DNA from: Chiloscyllium plagiosum
Taxonomy: Eukaryota
NCBI RefSeq assembly: GCF_004010195.1
Contig: NC_057756.1
Span: 1,402,672-1,466,671, forward strand
DNA length: 64,000 bases
Reading direction: 5' to 3'
In this document: piece after piece, positions 1 to 11,973 of the stretch
Layout: the number at the start of each line of letters is the position of its first letter
Numbering within the stretch: the stretch's first letter is position 1
Program-made: the position numbers and the translations under genes
The notes under the pieces: model-generated
The model's database searches: none
Told to the model about the DNA's origin: nothing
The model's input: the letters and a program-made list of their open reading frames with translations, nothing else

Positions 1-1480
1 TTCTTTCAGCGAGCCATTTACTGATCCAAACCGCTCAGTCACCCTTGATTCCAAGACTCTGTATTTTGTGCAGTAAACTACTGTGGAGAACATTATCAAA
101 TGCCTCATGAAAATTCATATGCAACACATCAAGCACTTTACCCTCATCTGCATATATTGTCACCTTGTCAAAGAACTCAATAAGGTTTGTGAAGAACAAT
201 GTACCCTTTACAAAAACGTGTTGATTATTCCTAATCAATTTATCCCTTCACAGATGATTATAAATCCTATCTCTTATAATCCTTTCCAACAATTTATGCA
301 CAATAGAAGTAAGTCTAACCGATCTATAATTAACAGAGTTATCTCTACTCTCCTTCTTGAACAAGAGAAAAAAAAATGCTATCCTCCATTTTTCTGGCAC
401 TAATCCTGTAGAAAATGACGACATAAAGATCAAAGTCAGAGGCTCGGCAATCTCCTCCCCGATTTTCCAGAAAATCCGAGGATAAATACCATCCAACCTC
501 GTGGATTTATCTACTTTTATACTTTCCAGGATTGCTAAAAACTCCCCCTTGTGACCGTCAATCCCGTCTAGTTTAGCAGCCTGTATCTCGGTATTCTCCT
601 CGACAACATTGTCTTTTTCTCAAGTGAAAACTTCTCCTATCTCCTCTGACTCCAACCACAACTTACCACTACTATGCTTTAATTGGCCCTAAACCTCTTC
701 TAGTCATTCTTTTACTCTGGTATACTATCGAAAGCCTTAAGGTTTTCTTTGATCCTATCAGCCAACGAATTCTCATGTACCCTCCTGGCTCTTCTTAGTT
801 TGTTGCTTCGGTCTTTTCTGGGGTGGTTGTAACTCTCAAGCCCCCGAACTGAGTCATCACATCTCATCCTAACATAAGCCTTCTTCTTCCTCTTGATGAG
901 AGAGTCAACGTCCTTAATAAACCACGGCTACAGCTCGATAACTTCCTTCTTGTCTAATCGGTATATAATTATTAAGGACACGCAGTAGCTCTTCCTTGAA
1001 TAAGCTCCACATTTCAATTGTACACATCCCCTGCAGTTTCCTTCCCCGTTCTTCGCATCCTAAAGTTTGCCTAATGACTTCGTAATTATCTTTTTCCCCA
1101 GCTATAACCCTTGCCCTGCGGTAGAATTAATTGCTTTCCGTTACTAAGCATCATCGAATTGTGGTAACCATCACCAATGTGCTCTCCTAACTCCAAATCT
1201 AACAGCTGGCCTGGTTCATTAACTAATACAAAGTATAGTGTGACCACGCGCCTTGTTGGCCTCTCTACATACTGTGTCAGGTACTCTGCTGCGCATGTTG
1301 GACTGAAGCTGACCCATGTAATGTATTAGAACTATAGCGTTCCCGGTCAATATTTGGAAAATTAATGTGCTCCATAACAACTACCCTCTCACTCTCGCAT
1401 CTATTGAGGATCATCTGTGGTATCCTATCATCCACATCTCCGGAGCTATTCGGAGGCCAATGGAAGACTCTCAACTCCCC
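1..1480 (-). mobile_element. Decayed CR1/HER1-like LINE ORF2 (endonuclease end to RT start)
   Basis: ORF fragments DGIYPR...NYRSVRLTSIV...RDRIYNHL, LTNLIEFFDKVT...FHEAFDNVLH and VFHWPPN...VVVMEHINFP match CR1 ORF2 motifs; many stops and frameshifts. Confidence 0.9.
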
Positions 1481-1793
1481 TGTGATTGATTTTACCGTTT
1501 TTGCCAAGTGGTGTTCTCGGGGACTGTTGCAAACATTTGGTACAGCATCATGAAGTTTGGATAGTCTTTTGGATTTTCGGATAGTTTATCTTATTCTGTA
1601 TCCTGCTTTTTTTTCGTCGTGTTTTATTCGGTAATCTTGCAAATAAATTCTGTTTTGTTTAAAACTAAGTGGTTGTACCAGCTTCACCACTCCTGGAATA
1701 TGCACTGTACACCTTTTCAGAACAACCAGCAAAGTTAAGGTCTGGGCTACTGTCTTGAAAAGTTTTGATCGGAGTCTGGCCAGATCTTTAACA
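1481..1793 (+). mobile_element. 3' part of a solo LTR of the Gmr1-like Gypsy family
   Basis: aataaa...cactcctggaata...aaagttaaggtctgggctac...tctggc...taaca matches the LTR ends at 33375-33530 (-) and 46070-46219 (+); ends in CA. Confidence 0.7.
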
Positions 1794-2465
1794 TAAATAC
1801 GTTGTGTAGCTCCTCCAGCTTACGTATTTTCAATCTCAGGTGAAGAATGGGCTTTTATATTCATGCATATGGACTTTTACACCACTCCACTCTTTTTATA
1901 TGTTTACTTGAATGGTTATGAACACAGATTTGCAGTGGAAGGAGAAATGTGTAACGTCGTTTTAAGACGCTGTATGATCTGTTTCTGATATGTCATTCCT
2001 GAAGAAGGATACAAAGTCATATGTATGTGTGAGTGTGTGTGTGTGCGTGTGTATACACGCATGGTTGTGTAAACATTATATCATATTCTACTGGGAGCAC
2101 GTTACTGAAGGAAATGGAGGTTAGGGATTGTAGATTAGCTGGCCATAACTTTGTAATGATACTAAATAAAGGTTTAAAGCCAGATTAAGAAAGTGGGTAA
2201 AAACGTGTCAGATTTATTGCTAGGTGTAAGATATGAGTTTTTACATCATAGCAAGACGAATACCTGAGTTCAATAAGATTTTAGTGGAGCAAGATGACTG
2301 AAATATGCAGAAAACAGGGATTTTCGAGTTCTTGTATGAAGATCACAAAAATGGCACGTAGATTCTGTGGGTGACAAAAAAGGAAAACAAAATATTGGCC
2401 CTTTATAATAAAGACAATGGAGTATATAGATAAAGAGTTTTGATAAAACTATAAAAGGCAACAAT

Positions 2466-3116
2466 CAAGCAGTTTGGATCATCAAGAACATCTCTGAAAT
2501 GACAGCCAGACTACTGCGACCACTAGGACTTATAATAGCACACAAACCAACAGCCACTCTCAGACAACAACTCACCAAAACGAAGGACCCGATACCCAGC
2601 ATGAGCAAAACTAATGTAGTGTACAAAATCCCATGCAATGACTGCACAAAACACTATATAGGACAAACAGGAAGACAGCTAACGATCCGCATCCACGAAC
2701 ATCAACTAGCCACGAAACGACACGACCAGCTATCCCTAGTTGCCACACACGCAGACGACAAGCAACATGAATTTCACTGGGACAACACTGCCATTATAGG
2801 GCAAGCGAAACAAAGAACAGCCAGGGAATTCCTAGAAGCATGGCACTCATCCACAAACTCCATCAACAAACACATCGACCTGGACCCAATATACCGGCCA
2901 CTACAGCGGACAGCTAAAACTGACAACCGGAAGCGGCAGGGACAGGCCACTATAAATGCCGGAGGAAACACCACAGACGCGCTTCACAGGAGGCTCCCAA
3001 GCACTGAGGATGCCACCTAGACAGGGGACGAAACGTTTGCAAAAAAAACTTCCAGCTCGGCGAACAGAACCACAGCAACGAGCACCCGAGCTACAAATCT
3101 TCTCACAAACTTTGAA
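2466..3116 (+). mobile_element. Penelope-like retroelement 3' portion: GIY-YIG endonuclease (ORF 2499-3020) and terminal repeat
   Basis: VVYKIPCNDCTKHYIGQTGRQLTIRIHEH...REFLEAWHS...IN is a GIY-YIG signature; the frame is open; a hammerhead-like core follows. Confidence 0.9.
3001..3040 (+). ncRNA. Minimal hammerhead ribozyme-like motif in the Penelope terminal repeat
   Basis: gca-CTGAGGA-t-gccacct-agac-aggggac-GAAA-cgtt-tgc: core boxes, imperfect stem II, palindromic aacgtt stem III, 3-bp stem I gca/tgc. Confidence 0.6.
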
Positions 3117-3129
3117 TATTTGCAATATT

Positions 3130-4115
3130 CATAGGACTGCTAATGAAGAAGCGGCCAGATGTATGAAGGTGGACAAATGTCCCGATTCTAACTAAATATA
3201 TCCAAGAACACTGAAAAAGGCTAAATAAGAAATTATGTTGGCCCTGGCTGATATTTTTGCATTACCATTAGCTGCAGGTGAGGTGCCAGAAGGCTAGAAT
3301 GTAGTAAATATTGTGCCGTTTTTCAAGAAATGCAAATGAAAACCTGGGAAATATAGTCCAGTAAACCTGATATCTGTGGTATGTACGTTAGTTGAGAAGA
3401 TTCTGAGAACTAAGATATACATGCTTTTGAAAAGAGAGGCTTTCGGTTAGGAATAGTCAGCATGGCTTTGTGGGTGGAAAATCATGCCTCACAAATCTGT
3501 TAGAGTTCTTTGAGGAAGTGACCAGGAAGGTTGACGAGGGCAGGGTAGTAGACACAGTGTATATGGATTTCAGTAGCGCCTTTGGTTCTATATCGTAGGC
3601 TGCTCTGGAAGATTGGTTCACATGGAAATCATTGGGATATGGCAAATTGTTACCAGGGCGCAAGGATCTGAGCTATGGGGAGAGGTTGGACAAGCAGCGT
3701 TTTTTTTTTCTTAAGAGTGTAGGAGACTAAGCAGGATCTTATAGAAGTGTATATCATCATGAGAGCCATTGTTAGTGTGAATAGACTGTCTTTCTTCGAG
3801 GGTTGGGGAAATCAAGGACTCGAGGGCATCACTTTACAATTAGAGTAGAAAGCATAAAAAGGAACTTGACGTCAATATTTTTCTCTGAAGGGTGGTACAC
3901 ATGCGGAATGAACTGCCAGCGGAAGTGGTTGACACAGTTATACTAACAACATCTAAAAAAACACATTTGGGCAAAATATGGATGTAAACGGTTTAGAAGG
4001 ACATGATCTAAGTGCAGGGAAATGTGGTTAGCGTTTATGGAAATTTTGGTCTTCGTGGACCAGTTTGGCCTAAAAGGCCTATTGTATTTTAGGACTCGAT
4101 GAATCTATGGATTCT
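3130..4115 (+). mobile_element. Decayed CR1 LINE (RT start, internal deletion near 3650, 3' end)
   Basis: cagcatggctttgtg...tcatgcctcacaaatctgttagagttctttgag (QHGFV..SCLTNLLEFFE) joined directly to C-terminal and 3' UTR sequence. Confidence 0.85.
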
Positions 4116-4149
4116 TGCGTGACAAATAATATTGAATCAGAAAAGTGTG

Positions 4150-6300
4150 ACTGTTGCAATTAAAGTATTGACTGAAGCAAATGACAATGCTAGGGTTGCA
4201 AAAAGGACGGTTGGGGATTCATCTACTGAGGTATTATGGGCTGAGGTTAGAAGCAGGAAAGGAGAGCTAACCCAGTTGTGAGTGTTCTGTCGGCCTCCGA
4301 AGTGTTCCGAAGATGCAGAGATCAGGATAACAAAGATGATCCTCGAAAGCAGCGAGAGTGACAGGGTAGTAGTTATGGGGGACTTTAAATTTCAAATATT
4401 GACTGGGAATTCGATAATTCCAATGCTACAGATGGGTCATTTGTTGTCCAAAGTGTACAGGAAGCTTTCCTGATACACAGTGTAGACATGTCAACAAGGA
4501 GGGAGATCATATCAGATTTGTTATTGGACAATGAACCTAGTCAGGTGTTAGATTTGGAAGTAGTGGGTGAGTACTTTGGTGATAGTGACCACAATTCAGT
4601 GTGTTCACTTTATGATGGAAAGAGGCAGGTGTTTACGGCAGGGCCAGAGCTATAACTGGTGGAAAAACGATTATGATGCGATTAGGCAAGATTTAGGATG
4701 CATAGGATGGGGAACGAAACTGGAGGGGATGGGCACAATTGAAATTCCAGCTTATTCAAAGAGCAGCTACTGTGGATCCTTGATAAGCATGTCAGGCAGG
4801 AAGGAAGTCATCGATCACGGGAGCTGTGGTTTACTTAGAAAGTTAAATCTGTCAAGAGGAAGAATAAGGCTTATGTTAGGATGAGATGTGTTGGCTCAGT
4901 TAGGACGCTTGAGAGTTACAAGTTAGCCACGAAAGTCCTAAAGAGAGAGTTAAAAGAGCCAGGAGGAGACATGAGAACTCGTTGACGAATAGGATCTTGG
5001 AAAGTCTTAAAGCTTTCTACAGGTACATCAGGAATAAAATAAATGACGAGTAAGATTACGGTCAATGAGGGATAGTCATGTGAAGTTATGTGTGGAGTCA
5101 GAGGAGATAGGATCAGCGGTAAATGCATACCTTTCATCAGTATTGACACTAGAAATACACAATGTTGGCGGGGAGAATACTGAGATAAAAGCTACCAGAT
5201 GGGATTGAGGTTCATAAGGAGGATGTGTTAGCAATTCTGGAAAATGTGAAAATAAATAAATTCATTGGGACGGATAGGATTTATCGTAGGATTCTTTGGG
5301 ATGCCAGTGAAGAGATTGCCGAGCGTTTGGCTTTGATTTTTAACTCGTCATTGTCTACAGGAATAGTGTGAGAAGACTGGAGGAAAGCAAATGTTGTCTC
5401 CTTGTTCAAGGAGGGGAGTAGAGATATCCCTGGTAATTATAGACCTGTGAGCCTTACTTCAGTTATGGGTAAACAAAGGGCTAATGCCCGAAACGTCGAT
5501 TCTCCTGTTCCCTAGATGCTGCCTGACCTGCTGCGCTTTTCCAGCAACACATTTCAATCATGGATAGACATAGATAAGCTGCAGAGCTAAGAAAAGAGTT
5601 GTCAAATGGCGTTTATTGCGGAAAAGTGTGAGGTGATACACTTTGGAAGGCATAGCATGAATAACGAGTACTGGGCTGAAGGTAAGATTCCGAGTAGTGT
5701 AGATGAGCACAAAGATCTCGATGTCCAAGTACACAGATCCTTGAACGTTGCCACCCAGGTTTTTAGGATGGTTAAGAAGGCATAAGCTTTTATTGGTGGA
5801 GGAATTGAGTTTCGGAACCATGAAGTCATGCTGCAGCTGTACAAAACTCTAGTGCATCTACACTTGAATAGTGTGTACAATTCTGGTCACTGCATTATAG
5901 GAAGGATGTGGAAGCATTGGAAAAGGTTCAGAGGAGATTTACTAGGATGTTTTTGGTATGAAGGCAGGTCTTACGAGGAAAAGCTGAGTGACTAAAGGCT
6001 GTTTTCATACAGAGAAGAACATTGTGAATTGAAGAGGGTTAGATGGGTGGGCAGTGAGAGCCTTTTTACTCAGGTGGCGATGGCTAGCTCGAGGGGACAT
6101 GGCTTTAAATTGAGGGTGACAGATGCAGGGCAGACGTCAGAATTCGGACGTCAGACATTTAAATGGTCATTGGATAGGCATATAGAATACGAGCATGGAA
6201 TAGTGTAGTTTAAATGGGCTTCAGATTAGTTTCACAGGATGGTGCAACATCGAGTGTTTAAGGGCCTATACTGAGTAGTAATTTTCTATGTTTGATGTTC
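4150..6300 (+). mobile_element. Decayed CR1 LINE ORF2 with 3' (ttctatg)-like tail; RT core missing at 5470-5560
   Basis: RPP...VVVMGDF endonuclease motifs, NYRPVSLTS, C-terminal domain, tail ttctatgtttgatgttct. Confidence 0.9.
5475..5553 (+). mobile_element. Truncated half of a Penelope-derived fold-back repeat
   Basis: gggctaatgcccgaaacgtcgattctcctg...gatgctgcctgacctgctg...ttttccagca matches the right arm at 44128-44200. Confidence 0.8.
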
Positions 6301-6576
6301 TTAACCAATCCTCTAATGTTGTACCGCAACTGTCAGGAATTACCAGAAAAAAACTTTGAATGCTTCCAGCTTGTGCCGGCCAACTAGGATATGTTTTATG
6401 ACAATACCAACTCAGCACATGTGAGGACTTATCACATCGAAGTTAAACAAAAGAAACAAAATGATGTAGTGTGAAATAGGCTATGCCTTACATTCACTTT
6501 GTAACAAAATTCAAATAACAATTTATGCATTAAGCAGTTCACAAAGTCTTCCCATCCTCGTTAATGTTTATGCTAC

Positions 6577-6603
6577 CTGCATCTTTTTCACGTAACTCCT
6601 CAT
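6577..6603 (-). CDS. Micro-exon 13 (27 nt, phase 1-1) of coiled-coil gene: DEELREKDA
   Basis: Minus strand tttattctgtcttgtgttacAG|atgaggagttacgtgaaaaagatgcag|GTagca; resembles the DEALMLANT and NEKLRVKSK exons. Confidence 0.75.
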
Positions 6604-6933
6604 CTGTAACACAAGACAGAATAAATGGCAATGGTTATGTTTAATTAGTAACATAAGTAACTTATAACTAGATACTACTTAAAATTTGTCAGTTGCCATG
6701 AAGTGCGCAGAAGAGAAGCTTGTCATTCAGTGTACAGAATTGTTTCTTGATTTGTGCTGAGTGTGATCGAGACCGTAATAGAGTCATAGAATGGAAACAT
6801 ACTCTTCGGTGCAACTCGTTATTCCAACCAGATATCCCAAATTAATCCAGCCACATTTGCTAGCATTAGGCCTATATACTTCTAAATGGATATTGCTATA
6901 CATCTCCCCATCCAAATGCCTTTTTAAATTGTT

Positions 6934-7258
6934 TAGATTAGATTACATTACATTACATTACAGTGTGGAAACAGGCCCTTCGGCCCAACAAGTCCACACC
7001 GACCCGCCGAAGCGAAGCCCACCCATACCCCTACATTTACCCCTTACCTAACACCACGGGCAATTTAGCATGGCCAATTCACATGACCCTGCACATCTTT
7101 TGTGACTGTGGGAGGAAACCGGAGAACCCGGCGGAAACCCACGCAGACACGGGGAGAACGTGCAAACTCCACACAGTCAGTCGCCTGAGGCGGGAATTGA
7201 ACCCGGGTCTCAGGCGCTGTGAGGCAACAGTGCTAACCACTGTGCCACCGTGCCACCC
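6934..7258 (-). mobile_element. HE1-type (V-SINE) tRNA-derived SINE, near full length
   Basis: Minus strand ggcacggtggcacagtggttagcact (A box), ggttcaattcc (B box), core gtggagtttgcacgttctccccgtgtctgcgtgggtttcc, CR1-like 3' end, (taatg/taatc)n tail. Confidence 0.92.
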
Positions 7259-7262
7259 ACAA

Positions 7263-7475
7263 ATTAGTTTCACAGGATGGTGCAACATCGAGTGTTTAAG
7301 GGCCTATACTGAGTAGTAATTTTCTATGTTTGATGTTCTTAGCCAATCCTCTAATGTTGTACCGCAACTGTCAGGAATTACCAGAAGAAAAACTTTGAAT
7401 GCTTCCAGCTTGTGCCGGCCAACTAGGATATGTTTTATGACAATACCAACTCAGCACATGTGAGGACTTATCACA
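7263..7475 (+). repeat. About 212-bp near-identical copy of 6225-6436
   Basis: Direct comparison: attagtttcacaggatgg...gaggacttatcaca, about 2 differences. Confidence 0.95.
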
Positions 7476-7551
7476 CCAATTTTGTATCCAAATGACTAGT
7501 TCTCCCCGTATTCCACGTAACCTAACCTTGTTGATCTGTTGACCATGTGGA
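7475..7551 (+). repeat. 77-bp copy of 7985-8061
   Basis: accaattttgtatccaaatgactag...gaccatgtgga, 1 mismatch. Confidence 0.95.
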
Positions 7552-8569
7552 GATTGTTACTTGTAACAATCTCCAACACTTCCTATGGAAGTTAATTCCA
7601 TCAAAGCACTTTCCATTGCATGAAAAATGTTTTCCCTTGGGTTCCATTTAAATCTTTCTCCTCTCACTTTAAACCTGTGCCGTCTTCGTTTGGACTCCCC
7701 TATCCTGAGGAAATGACCTTGACTATTCAACCCATCCGTGCCCCTTATGATTTTATAAATCTCAATAAGGTCACCCCTTGCCACTCCTCTGCCCATAGAC
7801 CCATCTGATCAAGGTCCCAATGTGCTTTAAGGCAACTTTCTTCGCTGTCCACTATATCATAAACTTTGATGTCCTCTACTAACAATACTTCCGAAATTCA
7901 CATTCAGATCATTTATACAAAGTTACCGAGGTCTCCAGTCCATAAAGAAACCCTTCACCACCAATGTCTGTTTCCTACCTTCTAACCAATTTTGTATCCA
8001 AATGACTAGTTCTCCCCGTATTCCACGTAACCTCACCTTGTTGATCTGTTGACCATGTGGAAACTTGTTGAACGCCTTATTGAAGTCCACATGGAGAATG
8101 TCCACCAGTATGCCTTCATCACTACCCTCCTTACTTCATCAAAGCATCTCAATGAAATTATTGAGATACGACTTTCCACACTCAAAGCTATTTTAACTGA
8201 ATCAATCAGTCTTTGCCTTTCCAAATTTGTGTAAATCCTATCCCTTAAAATTCCCTCCAACAACATGCTGACTACTGATGTCAGACTGACTGGTCTATAC
8301 TTCCCTGTTTTTTTGTTACCACCTTTCTTACATAATGGCACCTCGTTAGTCAACCTCCAATCATTCGGCACCTCGCCCATTGTTATCGATAATGCCAATT
8401 TGAAATTGAATTAAACAGGTGTTTTGTAAATTTATGCACTATAAAGGAAATAAGCAAGAACGCGAAAAGCAAGGGAGAAATCTTGACTAAAAAAAACGCT
8501 TAAATGGATAAAGGTGCCATTGGTTAGGCTAGCATTTATTCCCCGTCTTAATGGCCTAAATAAAATTTG

Positions 8570-8897
8570 TTACTAGGCTGCTGGTGGCCGTTCTTGTGGG
8601 TATGTTCGCTGAATTGGGAATTTGTTTTACAGATTTTTTATCCCCTTTTGCTGTGACAGCCTCAGTGTTGTGGAGCATCCTGCGAAACGCTGCTCTACTG
8701 CGTCTGTTGGAATTTAATTGGTTTCGTTCTAGCTGCATCCAATTGCTTGTACCGGTTGTTCATTGCAATGTTCGGTATATTGAGTCTTGGACAATATGTT
8801 TGTTAATATTGCTCGCATCTAACTACTCAGATAAAAAGGACAACAAGTTTGACTGGTATAACACAACAATAATAGAACAAGCCAAACAAAGGACAGC
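8570..8897. mobile_element. Old Penelope-like fragments in inverted arrangement (same family as 2466-3116)
   Basis: 8570-8790 resembles the reverse complement of about 2870-3110; 8805-8897 encodes DKKDNKFDWYNTTIIEQAKQRTA, similar to DDKQHEFHWDNTAIIGQAKQRTA. Confidence 0.75.
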
Positions 8898-8899
8898 CT

Positions 8900-9125
8900 G
8901 GGGCGGTGACTCAGTGGTCAGCACTGTTTCCTCACAGCATGAGGCTCAAGTTTGATTCCAGCGTTAAGTGACGGTCTGTGGAGTTTTTACTTTCTCCACG
9001 TGTCTACCCGGGTTTCCTACAGTTGCTCTGGTTTCCTCTGACAATCCAAAGATGTGTAGTTTAGGTGAATTGCGCATATTGGCCAGGGATGTGTAGGTTA
9101 TGTGCATTAATCATGGGGAATAGAG
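8900..9125 (+). mobile_element. Degenerate HE1-type SINE
   Basis: ggcggtgactcagtggtcagcact...ggtttcctctgacaatccaaagatgtg. Confidence 0.8.
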
Positions 9126-9221
9126 CGTTGTAGGGAACAATTTGAGGGTGCAGACATGCAAACCAATCCTTTCTCATTAATACGTGTTATTTTTGCGTTG
9201 CAATTACATTTTCTTACTCAC

Positions 9222-9248
9222 CATCGATGCTGCATTTTAATTTTAAAT
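9222..9248 (-). CDS. Micro-exon 12 (27 nt, phase 1-1): DLKLKCSID
   Basis: ttatcatatgttttAG|atttaaaattaaaatgcagcatcgatg|GTgagt. Confidence 0.75.
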
Positions 9249-9453
9249 CTAAAACATATGATAATTTTTCTCTATTATTACAATTTACAGAGTTAACTGT
9301 AGTTTACATGAAAAGCGAAATATGTCACAAAATTAACAAAGAGGAGACTTTTCTACTCTTGAATACGCGTGGCCATTGCAACTGACAGCCATGATCCCAC
9401 TGAACAGCAGAGCAAGTGAACAGTTTGACCTGACAACCCATAATCCTTTATTT

Positions 9454-9772
9454 TTAGATTAGATTACTTACAGTGCGGAAACAGGCCCTTCGGCCAAACA
9501 AGTCCACACCGATCCGCCGAAGCGTAACCCACCCAGACCCATTCTCTTGCATTTACCCCTTCACCTAACACTGCGGGCAATTTAGCATGGCCAATTCACC
9601 TAACCTGTACATTTTTGGATTGTGGGAGGAAACCGGAGCACCCGGAGGAAACCCACGCAGACACGGGGAGAACCTGCAATCTCCACACAATCAGTCGCCT
9701 GAGGCGGGAATTGAACCGGGTCTCTGGCGCTGTGAGGCAGCAGTGCTAACCACTGTGCCACCGTTCCACCCA
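9454..9772 (-). mobile_element. HE1-type SINE
   Basis: Highly similar to 6934-7258; (taatc)n tail. Confidence 0.92.
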
Positions 9773-11946
9773 CTAATTGACTTTTGAAATAAATTAGTGC
9801 CACCCACTAATTGCACCCTTAGTTGACTTTTGAAATAAATAATTAATTTCCGAGTTTAAAACCCACCATGGTCTCAGGCTCAACTGACTTTCGGAGAAGA
9901 ATGCCTCCAACTTCCATATGGAAAAGAATTAAAACAATGAAAGAAAATATGTTGTACAAAAGTATGTCTTTTTAATATATTGTAGTCGTTCTAATCGCCC
10001 ATACTACTCGAATTATTTTCCTATAAGAAAGAATGTCCTTCTGTAATATTTCATCAATCTCCACAGGCATCAGATCACATGTTAATGAAAGGTTCTTTTG
10101 TAGTAGTCATTATTGAATCCCCTACTGCAAGAAATGTCACTGAGTATAGTATGATCGAGAATTTACAAAATATTAGCTTCCATTATTTAGATAGTAAAAC
10201 AAATCGAGCAGAACTTTTGTGCAGTAAATGTAATTGCTGCCACGAAGCCTGTATCAATGAGTGGTACTCATACTCCTGGAATTAATGACCACGCCAGTCC
10301 GTTTTGCCAGTCCGTTTTGCAAATCAGTTCCAACTTGTTAAGTAAGATCATGGAGCTTTGTCGCAGATCAGCATATTGCACGACGATTACTCATGCATTA
10401 CGATAGAACAACGAAGAAGCTCAGGATTGGTGGCTTATTATTGGAGAATGTCAACTGGATGGAAGATGAAAGAGAGTAAACACGTTTTGACTGGAATATT
10501 CAAGATAACAATGGCCCTAATAAGCCAGAATGCTAGCTTTCTAGGTCATTGCAGTCAAGGAATGAACGACCAAAAATTGCAGTATATAATGTAGAAAATA
10601 AACAACGACAAATTTTTGCACCAACGATATCGGTTGTCAGTCTTCATTCTTGCACAACTGCTCTGCACATGCTATAACCCGAGTCTGTCATCACTGAAGG
10701 ACTGTCCAAGTTGTCCAGATGTTACAGCCAAGTCTTAGTTCCTATGAAACATGACCTACGCATCGTAGAAATGACTCATTCAAACATCTTCTCTTCTAGC
10801 GCCGTATTTAAAGAAACACACTCAAACGCACACAAACACATATATAAAATAAATATTAACGTGTAAGTATCAAGCATATGACAAAGATATATAAAAAGTT
10901 GAATAATACAATTAATTTCCAATCACTTTGCCATATTATTCAACCAATGAACAGATTCTTAAATTAAGTTGATCAATTGGTCACTTCTGGAATTGCACGA
11001 GAATTTAACAGTTATTCAGCATGGATTGATGACATGAACTAGCTAACTCAACAGTTAAATATTTGAAACTACTGTTGAGCTGCAAATCGAAGGAAGATCA
11101 AAGACATCAGAACATATTCAATTTCCAAAGCTATCAAATCAAAAGTGAATGTGATGGTAGACAAGAAGAACTTCTTTTAATACTATATCCAAATTTTCGA
11201 TTTTGCATGCTGGAAGAAGGCATTGATTATTTTTTAAACCCTAATTTGACTCAACTTCATTTCATGCAACGGTTGTATGTTTCCTGATCGAGGATGCTTG
11301 CCCGTCCATCTGAAATCATCATGATTATCTCGAATGCCTCACAACTATTTGCCCTTGCCGTGGTTCAATCTTCTATGGATTCCTGTTACCATTAATTATT
11401 CTATTGTGGCATGTTTTAAACAATAGATATTGATCATTGTTTCATTCTGTGCCACTTTGCTTATTGACGTCATACATTTTTAAGTCGTGGAAAACATTTT
11501 CCAACCCTCCTCATCAACATCTCAATTTTTTTTATGTGGATGTGCCCTCATTTAGGACTCCCTTTAAAACCCAACTCTCTCAACCTAACTGTTAATTTTC
11601 CTTTTAACAAAATTACCCTTTGTGCCTTAGTTTCAAGTTTTGTTTGAAACTTTTACATGTTGTATCTGAAATATTTTTACACTACATTAATTAATTACAT
11701 AGGCGCAATGTTTCAATACATATGTGACTGTATATTCATTAACTAAACAATATATGCGCGAACACATATTAAGCTATTCTATCTTCTGCTGAATTCGATA
11801 TTTCAAGTAAAAGTTACAATGGCGCTGGAATCACTACACAGAGGCATAAATAATCTGCTGCCTAATATTATTAAAGACTGAGACAAAAAACGATAACTTT
11901 CCTATTAGTTAAATTGTTATAAAGGAAGGAAAATGGGCAATTGTAC

Positions 11947-11973
11947 CTTTCTCTTCATCATGAATTGCAGTTT
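11947..11973 (-). CDS. Micro-exon 11 (27 nt, phase 1-1): ETAIHDEEK
   Basis: tttattgatgttttcgaacAG|aaactgcaattcatgatgaagagaaag|GTacaa. Confidence 0.7.

Larger units (their letters stand above)
6780..8400 (-). mobile_element. Decayed, internally deleted CR1 LINE interrupted by a SINE and templated inserts
   Basis: ORFs KYRPVSLTSVV..., VDFNKAFNKFPHG...WIQNWLEGRKQ, RGDLIEIYKII. Confidence 0.85.

Noticed and set aside
6963..7316. Recurrent 60-120 aa ORFs such as CGRKPE..ETHADTGRTCKLH
   Set aside because: Translations of the HE1 SINE core, not genes
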